From an uncultured delta proteobacterium (GTDB taxonomy: Bacteria; Myxococcota; Myxococcia; Myxococcales; Anaeromyxobacteraceae), in contig CAWHDZ010000007.1 of the NCBI GenBank assembly GCA_963828255.1, positions 128,001 through 192,000 of the forward strand: a stretch of 64,000 nucleotides of DNA, written 5' to 3'. A program made the position numbers and the translations under genes. Under the pieces are notes generated by a model. It saw only the letters and a program-made list of their open reading frames with translations, had not been told where the DNA came from and did not search any database. Shown in pieces: positions 18,349 to 25,180 of this stretch (its first letter is position 1; each line of letters starts with the position of its first letter).

Positions 18349-18892
18349 CGACGGTGAACTCCCAGGCGCACCAGAGGTCGCCGCCGTGCGGATCGGGTGG
18401 GCAGGCGATGCAGCGGGTCCGGATCCTCGGGTCGACGGCGCGGGCGAACTCCGAGTACTCCACGATGCCCACCGACTTGCAAGGGAAGTCGGGGAGCCCC
18501 TTGCGCTGCCGGGCCGACTGCACGCGACAGTCGCGCATCACGAAGACGGCACGCGTGGCGGAGGCCTCGGTGACCTCCTGCACGTTGAGCCGCGCGTAGA
18601 GCCGGTGCTTCAGCGCCTCGAGGAGGGCGGGGATGCCGCCACCCGGAGCCATGCCGAGCCGGTCCATGATCCGGCGGGCCTCGACCACCGTGAACTTCTC
18701 CCAGGCGGCCCGGTCGGCCTCGATGGCCGCATCCATGCCGTGGACCTTCTCGACGGCCTGGAACCAGAGGCCGTCGTGGGCGAGCCAGTTCTTGGCGTCG
18801 TCCAGGATGATGCGGACGAGCTCCTCGCGCGGCAGGGACGCGAGCTGGGTGGCGGCGTCGAAGGGGTTCCCCGGTCCGTCAGCTTCCGCCAT
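18323..18892 (-). CDS. DUF6125-family protein
   Basis: AKNWLAHDGLWFQAVE; CRVQSARQRKGLPDFPCK; CIACPPD..WCAWEF. Confidence 0.75.
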   Translation of the reverse strand: MAEADGPGNPFDAATQLASLPREELVRIILDDAKNWLAHDGLWFQAVEKVHGMDAAIEADRAAWEKFTVVEARRIMDRLGMAPGGGIPALLEALKHRLYARLNVQEVTEASATRAVFVMRDCRVQSARQRKGLPDFPCKSVGIVEYSEFARAVDPRIRTRCIACPPDPHGGDLWCAWEFTVDEPGSEAR

Positions 18893-19265
18893 TGTGGTCT
18901 CCCAGCAGCGCGTGGTCCACGACGTCTGCAAGGTACCGCTCGCCGACGAATCCGACCACCCGGTCCACCTCGTGGTGCCCCTTGAAGAAGAGGACCGTGG
19001 GCGTTCCCGAGACCCCCAGGCGCGCCGCCGTGGCCTGCGACTCGGCCGCGTTCAGCTCGGCCACCTTCACCCGACCCTGGTACCGCCCCGCCAGCGACAT
19101 GACGATGGGCTCCATGTTCTTGCAGGGGCCGCAGCCGGGGCTCCAGACGTCGAGCACCACGGGCAGCGCCGACCGCCGCACCTCGGCCACGAAGTTTTCG
19201 TCGTCCACGTGGACCGGCATGGCCTTGGGCGCGCCGGGGCCGAACAGCCGGGAGAGGAACCCCAT
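18879..19265 (-). CDS. Thioredoxin
   Basis: WSPGCGPCK; GVSGTPT. Confidence 0.9.
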   Translation of the reverse strand: MGFLSRLFGPGAPKAMPVHVDDENFVAEVRRSALPVVLDVWSPGCGPCKNMEPIVMSLAGRYQGRVKVAELNAAESQATAARLGVSGTPTVLFFKGHHEVDRVVGFVGERYLADVVDHALLGDHNGGS

Positions 19266-20203
19266 CACGCGGCCTTCTTGTGGTCCTTGACGAACTTCTG
19301 CACGGCCAGGGCTGCGATGGTGCCGTCGGCGACGGCGGTGGTGATCTGGCGAAAGCGCTTCGAGCGGATGTCGCCCGCCACGTAGACGCCGGGCACGTCG
19401 GTGGACATGTCCTCGCCGGTCTCCACGTAGCCCCACTGGTTCATCTTCACGACCCCCTTCACGAGGTCGGTGCGGGGCACGTAGCCCACGAAGACGAAGA
19501 CCCCGTCGGTGGCGAGCTCGCGCACCTCCTTGGTCTTCACGTTCTCGATGCGCAGCTTGTCGAGCTGGTTCTCGCCCAGGAAGGCGCGGGGCTCGGAGTC
19601 CCAGATCACCTCGATCTTGGGATTCTCGAGCGCCTCGGCGGCGGTCATCGGCTCGGCCTGGAAGTGGTCGAACTGGTGGATGATGGTGACCTTCTTCGCG
19701 AACTGGGTCAGGAAGAGCGACTCCTCGACGGCCGAGTTGCCGCCGCCGATGACGTGGATCTCCTTGCCGTCGAAGTAGGCCCCGTCGCAGGTGGCGCAGT
19801 AGGAGATGCCACGGCCGCGGTACTTCGATTCCCCGGGCACGCCCAGCTCCCGCGGCTTCGCGCCGGTGGCGATGATGACCGCCGGTGCCGAGACGTGCTC
19901 CTCCTCGTCGAGCTCGAAGGTCTTCACCGGGCCGGTGAGGTCGTGGGCGGTGATCTCGACGGCCCTCCGGACCTTCGCGCCGAATCGCTCGGCCTGGGTC
20001 GAGAAGGCCTTCGCCAGGTCGGCCCCCTTCACGTCCTCCGGGAACCCCGGGTAGTTCGACACCTTGTGGGTGGTCTTCATCTGGCCACCCGGGACGCTCT
20101 CGTCGAGAACCAGCGTCTTCAGGCGGGCGCGGGCGGCGTAGATGGCGGCCGACAGCCCGGCCGGTCCCGCCCCCACGATGATCACGTCGAACGACTCGGC
20201 CAT
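19265..20203 (-). CDS. trxB: Thioredoxin-disulfide reductase
   Basis: GAGPAGLSAA, YCATCDG, GGGNSAVEE, QITTAVADG. Confidence 0.95.
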   Translation of the reverse strand: MAESFDVIIVGAGPAGLSAAIYAARARLKTLVLDESVPGGQMKTTHKVSNYPGFPEDVKGADLAKAFSTQAERFGAKVRRAVEITAHDLTGPVKTFELDEEEHVSAPAVIIATGAKPRELGVPGESKYRGRGISYCATCDGAYFDGKEIHVIGGGNSAVEESLFLTQFAKKVTIIHQFDHFQAEPMTAAEALENPKIEVIWDSEPRAFLGENQLDKLRIENVKTKEVRELATDGVFVFVGYVPRTDLVKGVVKMNQWGYVETGEDMSTDVPGVYVAGDIRSKRFRQITTAVADGTIAALAVQKFVKDHKKAA

Positions 20204-20226
20204 GGCGTCTCCGGGGAACGGGGTGG

Positions 20227-20565
20227 TCAGGCTCCGAGGAGCGACTCGACCTGGGCCTTGATGGCGGTCCTCTTGATCTCCTCGCCGCTCATGCGCTCAC
20301 CCTGCTCGGCGCCGCCCTTGAAGAAGACCAGGGTGGGGCTGCCGGTGACGCCCAGGCGGGCGGCCAGGTCCTTGTTGCCCTGGCGGAAGATCTTGAGGAA
20401 GCGGGCCTTGCCGGCGAACTGCTCGGCCACCGCGTCGAACTTGGGGGCCAGCGCCTCGCAGGGGGGGCACTCGGTGGAGAAGAAGTCGAGGATCACCGGG
20501 AGGGTCGACTTCGCGACCTCGGCCTCGAAGTCGGCCTGGGTGATCTCCTTCACGTATTCGCTCAT
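20227..20565 (-). CDS. Thioredoxin
   Basis: DFFSTECPPCEALAP; GVTGSPT. Confidence 0.9.
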   Translation of the reverse strand: MSEYVKEITQADFEAEVAKSTLPVILDFFSTECPPCEALAPKFDAVAEQFAGKARFLKIFRQGNKDLAARLGVTGSPTLVFFKGGAEQGERMSGEEIKRTAIKAQVESLLGA

Positions 20566-20586
20566 GGTGACCTCGAGTGGGTAAAG

Positions 20587-20616
20587 GGTGGGACGGGCCC
20601 GGGGGCCCGCCCCGGG
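20587..20616 (-). other. GC-rich hairpin between peptide B and the first thioredoxin gene
   Basis: GGGGCGGGCC paired with GGCCCGTCCC on the minus strand, followed by ACCCTTT. Confidence 0.5.
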
Positions 20617-20621
20617 TGTTG

Positions 20622-20723
20622 CTAGTCGTGGCAGCCCGACACGAGCCGGGACGCCTTGGCGCAGCACTGCGCGACCTTCTCGGTCGTGCAGCATGCCTTC
20701 TTCACCTTCGTCAGCAGCTTCAT
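20622..20723 (-). CDS. Cys-rich peptide B, putative RiPP precursor: MKLLTKVKKACCTTEKVAQCCAKASRLVSGCHD
   Basis: Hand-translated; AGGAGG RBS; first gene of the radical SAM operon. Confidence 0.88.
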   Translation of the reverse strand: MKLLTKVKKACCTTEKVAQCCAKASRLVSGCHD

Positions 20724-20760
20724 CACGCCTCCTCTGGTGTTCGACGTCTACACCCCCCTT

Positions 20761-20786
20761 GGAGCCGCCCAGACCCGGGAGGGTTC
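20761..20786 (-). promoter_or_regulatory. ECF-type promoter motif, copy 5
   Basis: GAACCC-N14-GGCTCC, 37 nt before peptide B ATG. Confidence 0.7.
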
Positions 20787-20825
20787 GCGAACCCCCGGTT
20801 GCGAGGATTCACCCGACCCCGCATC

Positions 20826-21059
20826 ATGTCCCTCACCTTGAGTTCCTGGAGTTGCCAGTACGAGGCCGAGGGCCTCTGCCGGAAGGTCGACGGCGCCTTT
20901 TGCCGCCCGGGGATGAAGGGGTGCGTCCTCGTCGGCAAGGTGACGTTCCAGGATGGAGTCATCCCGTCGCCGGTCTGGCCGTCGGAGGGCGAGGACGGGG
21001 TCGCTGGACCACTGGCAGCCCGGGCAGCTTCCGCTCGAAAGGGACCTTCCTCCACATGA
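20826..21059 (+). CDS. Small four-Cys protein coupled to modA
   Basis: WSC-x7-C-x7-CRPGMKGCVL; ATGA overlap with modA. Confidence 0.65.
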   Translation: MSLTLSSWSCQYEAEGLCRKVDGAFCRPGMKGCVLVGKVTFQDGVIPSPVWPSEGEDGVAGPLAARAASARKGPSST

Positions 21060-21874
21060 CCGTGCCGTCGAGAGGCCAGATGCGGCTCCTCCTCCGGGCC
21101 GTCGCCGCGCTCTGCGCGACGGCCGCCCTGTCCGCTCCCGCCGCCGGCCGTGCCGCCGAGCCGCCGGTCCGCAAGGTCGCGGTGGCGGCCTCCGCCAACC
21201 TGCGCCTCGTCTTCGAGGAGCTCGCCGGGACCTTCGAGCGGCGCAATCCGGGGGTGAAGGTGGCGCCCACCTTCGGCGCCTCCGGCACGCTCTTCGCCCA
21301 GATCCAGCAGGGCGCGCCCTTCGACGTCTTCCTCGGCGCCGACCGCGCCTTCGCGTCGCGGCTCCACGAGGCCGGCCTGGCCCGCGGCGCCCCCTTCCCG
21401 TACGCCACCGGGAGGCTGGTGCTCTGGGTGGCGGCCCCGGCCCGGGTCGATCCGAACGTCCTCGGAGTGGGCGCCGTCGTGAACCCGGCCATCAAGAGGA
21501 TCGCCGTCGGAAACCCGGCAGTCTCCCCCTACGGCGCCGCCGCCGAGCAGGCGCTCCGGTCCGCGGGCTTCCTCGACACCGTGAAGGGGAAGCTCGTGGA
21601 GGCCGAGAGCATCCTCCAGGTGATCCAGCTCGCCCAGGGCGGTACCGTTCAGGCGGCCTTCGTCCCCTGGTCGATGGTCGTGGTCCCGCCCCTCGCGTCG
21701 CTGGGGCGGTACGTCAACGTCCCGGCCGGCTCCTACTCTCCCATCGAGCAGTTCGGCGTGGTCCTGGCCGGAGCCCGCGACCCCAAGCTGGCCGAGGATT
21801 TCGCCGCCTTCGTCCGCGGCCGCACGGGCCGCACCATCCTCGAGCGGCACAAGTACACGCTGCCGCCCGGCTGA
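21056..21874 (+). CDS. modA: Molybdate ABC transporter substrate-binding protein
   Basis: VAASANL, FGASGTLFAQIQQGAPFDVF, NPAVSPYG. Confidence 0.92.
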   Translation: MTVPSRGQMRLLLRAVAALCATAALSAPAAGRAAEPPVRKVAVAASANLRLVFEELAGTFERRNPGVKVAPTFGASGTLFAQIQQGAPFDVFLGADRAFASRLHEAGLARGAPFPYATGRLVLWVAAPARVDPNVLGVGAVVNPAIKRIAVGNPAVSPYGAAAEQALRSAGFLDTVKGKLVEAESILQVIQLAQGGTVQAAFVPWSMVVVPPLASLGRYVNVPAGSYSPIEQFGVVLAGARDPKLAEDFAAFVRGRTGRTILERHKYTLPPG

Positions 21875-21877
21875 GAG

Positions 21878-22540
21878 ATGGACGCCGAGGCGCTCCGGCT
21901 CAGCTTCACGCTCGCCGCGCTGACCACCGCGGCGCTCCTGGTCCTCGGCCTGCCCCTGGCCGCCTGGCTCGCCGTCTCGCGCTGGCGGTGGAAGCCCCTC
22001 GTCGAGGCGGTGGTGGCCCTGCCGCTCGTGCTCCCGCCCACCGTGCTCGGGTTCTACCTGCTGGTGGCCATGGGCCCCTCGAACCCCTTCGGCCGCGCCT
22101 GGGTCTCCGCCTTCGGACGCCCCCTGGCCTTCAGCTTCGAGGGGCTCCTCCTGGCCTCGGTGATCTACTCGCTCCCCTTCGCGGTGCAGCCCTTCGCCGC
22201 GGCCCTCTCCGCGGTGGACCCCCGCCAGGTGGAGGCCTCCCACACCCTGGGTGTATCCCGCCTGGCCACCTTCTTCCGCGTGAGCCTGCCCATCGCCGCA
22301 CCGGGCGTGGTGGCCGGCTCGGTGCTCACCTTCGCCCACGCGCTCGGCGAGTTCGGCGTCGTGCTCATGGTCGGCGGGAACATCCCGGGCGAGACGCGCA
22401 CCCTCTCCATCGCCATCTTCGACTCGGTGGAGCAGCTCGACTACGCCACCGCGTCCCGGACCGCGCTCTTCCTCCTCGCCGTCTCCTTCACCGTCCTCGT
22501 GGTCACCTACTCGCTGCGGCGACGCCCGGTGCTCGGGTGA
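21878..22540 (+). CDS. modB: Molybdate ABC transporter permease
   Basis: LPLVLPPTVLGFYLL; FAHALGEFGVVLMVGGNIPGETRT. Confidence 0.95.
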   Translation: MDAEALRLSFTLAALTTAALLVLGLPLAAWLAVSRWRWKPLVEAVVALPLVLPPTVLGFYLLVAMGPSNPFGRAWVSAFGRPLAFSFEGLLLASVIYSLPFAVQPFAAALSAVDPRQVEASHTLGVSRLATFFRVSLPIAAPGVVAGSVLTFAHALGEFGVVLMVGGNIPGETRTLSIAIFDSVEQLDYATASRTALFLLAVSFTVLVVTYSLRRRPVLG

Positions 22541-23637
22541 CCGCGCGCATCTCGGCCGAGGTGCGCCGCTCCTTCCCCGGCGGCGCCGGGATCCGGGCCG
22601 TCCTCGACGAGCCGCTCGCCCCTGGCCAGGTGCTGGTCCTCTTCGGGCCGTCCGGCTCGGGGAAGACGACCGTGCTGCGCGCGGTGGCCGGGCTCGACCG
22701 GCCCGACGCCGGCGCCATCTCCTTCGACGGCGAGACCTGGTTCGACGCCGCGTCCGGGGTCTTCGTCTCGCCCCAGCGGCGGCGCGCCGGCTTCCTCTTC
22801 CAGGACTTCGCGCTCTTTCCCCACCTCTCCGTCGAGGAGAACGTCGCCTACGGCCTCGGCCGGCTCGCCCGCGAGGAGCGGAAGGGGAGGGTCCTGGAGG
22901 CGGCCCGCCTGCTCCGGGTCGAGCCGCTGCTGGGCCGGAGGATCTCCATGCTCTCCGGGGGGGAGCGGCAGCGCGTGGCCCTGGCCCGCGCGCTCGCCCC
23001 CCGTCCCCGGCTCCTGCTGCTCGACGAGCCCCTCTCCGCCCTCGACGGTCCCACGCGCGAGGAGCTGCGCGGCGAGCTGCGCGCACTCCTCCACCACCTG
23101 GGCATCCCGTCGATCCTGGTGACGCACGACAGGGTCGAGGCGCTGGCGCTGGGGGACCGGCTGGCGGTGCTGGTGGACGGCGTGGTCCGGCAGTCGGGCC
23201 CGGTCGAGGAGGTCTTCGGCGCTCCCGCCGACACAGCGGTGGCGCGCGTGGTGGGCACCGAGAACGTGCTGGCGGTCCGCGTGGCCGGGAGCGAGGGAGG
23301 GCTCGTCCTCGTCGAGGCGGGGCCCGGGGCGGTACCGGTCCGTCTCCTCGCCGTGGACCCCGGACACCTTCCCGCCGAGGCCTTCGCCTGCATCCGCGCC
23401 GAGGAGGTGATCCTCGAGGCGGCTCCCGGCGCGGCCACCAGCGCGCGGAATCACCTGCGCGGCGTGGTGACGTCGATGGTGAACGAGGGGCCGCTGGTGC
23501 GCGTCACCCTCGACTGCGGTGTCCGCCTGGTGGCGCTCGTGACCCGGCCGGGAGCCGAGCAGCTCGCGCTCGCCCCGGGGCTCACCGTGGCGGCGCTCCT
23601 GAAGGCCCAGGCGGTGCGGCTCGTCCCGAGAAGCTAG
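22537..23637 (+). CDS. modC: Molybdate ABC transporter ATPase with TOBE domains
   Basis: GPSGSGKT, LSGGERQR, LLLDEP, TSARN. Confidence 0.92.
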   Translation: MTARISAEVRRSFPGGAGIRAVLDEPLAPGQVLVLFGPSGSGKTTVLRAVAGLDRPDAGAISFDGETWFDAASGVFVSPQRRRAGFLFQDFALFPHLSVEENVAYGLGRLAREERKGRVLEAARLLRVEPLLGRRISMLSGGERQRVALARALAPRPRLLLLDEPLSALDGPTREELRGELRALLHHLGIPSILVTHDRVEALALGDRLAVLVDGVVRQSGPVEEVFGAPADTAVARVVGTENVLAVRVAGSEGGLVLVEAGPGAVPVRLLAVDPGHLPAEAFACIRAEEVILEAAPGAATSARNHLRGVVTSMVNEGPLVRVTLDCGVRLVALVTRPGAEQLALAPGLTVAALLKAQAVRLVPRS

Positions 23638-23648
23638 GATACCGAGCC

Positions 23649-24326
23649 ATGTCTGCCCGAGAGCGATTCGACGACGCCTACTACCGCCGCCACTACCAGG
23701 GCCCGGACCGGGTCCATTCGGCGTCCCAGGTCGGTCGCCTCGCGGCGGGCGTGGCGGGGATGGCCGCCTGGCTGGGCGTCGAGGTCGGGTCGGTGCTCGA
23801 GGTGGGCGCAGGCCCCGGCCACTGGCGTGCATGGTTTCGCCGCCACCGCCCCTCCGTCCGGTACGTCTCCACCGACGTGTCGCCCTGGGCCTGCCGGCGC
23901 TGGGGGCACGCGCGACGGGACATCTCCGCGTGGCGCCCGCGCAGCCCTTTCGATCTCGTGGTCTGCCAGGGGGTCCTCCAGTACCTCGACGACGCGGCGG
24001 CCGCCCGGGCCATCGGCAACCTGGCAGCCGCGTGCAAGGGGCTCCTCTACCTGGAGGCCGTCACCCGCCACGACCTCGACGAGGTCGTGGACGCCGAGCG
24101 GACAGACACCGACATCCACGCGCGCGAGGGAGAGTGGTACCGGGACCGTCTCACCCCGCACTTCGCCCAGGTCGGGGCTGGCCTCTGGGCCGCGCGGTCG
24201 GCGGGGATTCCACTCTACGAGCTCGAGGGCGCCCCGGTCCATTCCAGGCTCCGGCGCCAGAGCTCGGCGGCCAGGGCCGGGTCGTCGGCGGCGCGGCTCG
24301 GGCGGACCGGCTTGCAGGAGTCGTAG
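23649..24326 (+). CDS. Class I SAM-dependent methyltransferase
   Basis: VLEVGAGPG; FDLVVCQGVLQY. Confidence 0.8.
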   Translation: MSARERFDDAYYRRHYQGPDRVHSASQVGRLAAGVAGMAAWLGVEVGSVLEVGAGPGHWRAWFRRHRPSVRYVSTDVSPWACRRWGHARRDISAWRPRSPFDLVVCQGVLQYLDDAAAARAIGNLAAACKGLLYLEAVTRHDLDEVVDAERTDTDIHAREGEWYRDRLTPHFAQVGAGLWAARSAGIPLYELEGAPVHSRLRRQSSAARAGSSAARLGRTGLQES

Positions 24327-25069
24327 TAGCCCCCGCTCTCCAGCTCCTCGATCGGCGCGGTGGCGCAGTGGATCGTGGTCCGCGCCCCCTCCTCGGGGGA
24401 GATCATGAAGAGCTTGGCCAGGTGGCGCAGCCCCCAGGGCAGCTCCCTCCAGATGTCGGTGGCCACCACGCCGGGGTGCAGCGAGAAGGAGCTCACGCCG
24501 CTTCCTGCCAGCCGCCGGGCCAGCTCCCTCGTGAAGAGCACGTTGGCGAGCTTCGACACGGAGTACTCGGCGATGCCGCCGGTGGACGCGGCGGGACGGC
24601 GCTGCGCCTCCCAGGCCATGCCCTTCGCCCGGTAATGGGCCCGGCTCGCCACGTTCACGATGCGTGACGGGGCGGAGGCCCGGAGCCGGTCGAGCAGGAG
24701 CAGGGTGAGGAGGAAGGGCCCGAGGTGGTTGGTCCCGAAGGTGACCTCGAATCCCTCCGGGGTGAGCCCGCGCACGCCGGCCAGGCCGGCGTTGTTCACC
24801 AGCACGTGCAGGGGCAGCCCCCGGGAGAGGAACGCGGCGGCGGCGCTCCGGACCGAGCCGAGGTCGGAGAGGTCGACCGGGAGGAAGTCGACCTGCGCGT
24901 TCCCGGTGGAGCGCCGGATGGCCTCGACAACAGGAGCGGTCCGGGCCTCCGACCGTCCCGCCAGGACGACGTGGCCGCCCCGCCGCGCCAGTTCCTCGGC
25001 GGTGACCCGGCCGATCCCGGTGCTCGCGCCGGTCACGAGGAACACCTTTCCGCACAGATCCTCTTGCAT
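24215..25069 (-). CDS. Short-chain dehydrogenase/reductase
   Basis: TGASTGIG, NNAG, YSVSK, HPGVVAT. Confidence 0.92.
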   Translation of the reverse strand: MQEDLCGKVFLVTGASTGIGRVTAEELARRGGHVVLAGRSEARTAPVVEAIRRSTGNAQVDFLPVDLSDLGSVRSAAAAFLSRGLPLHVLVNNAGLAGVRGLTPEGFEVTFGTNHLGPFLLTLLLLDRLRASAPSRIVNVASRAHYRAKGMAWEAQRRPAASTGGIAEYSVSKLANVLFTRELARRLAGSGVSSFSLHPGVVATDIWRELPWGLRHLAKLFMISPEEGARTTIHCATAPIEELESGGYYDSCKPVRPSRAADDPALAAELWRRSLEWTGAPSSS

Positions 25070-25180
25070 CCACGGAAGCTAGTGGCCCGTCCCGGACAGG
25101 GCAAGCGCCCCGGTCCCGGTGTGGCTAGAATGGGGGGAAGACTGCGGCCCCGCCGCGCCTCTCAATCCCCGGAGCCCAGC

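Noticed and set aside
24215..24326. 112-bp convergent overlap of the methyltransferase and SDR genes
   Set aside because: Most simply a late stop codon in GC-rich DNA; no sign of function
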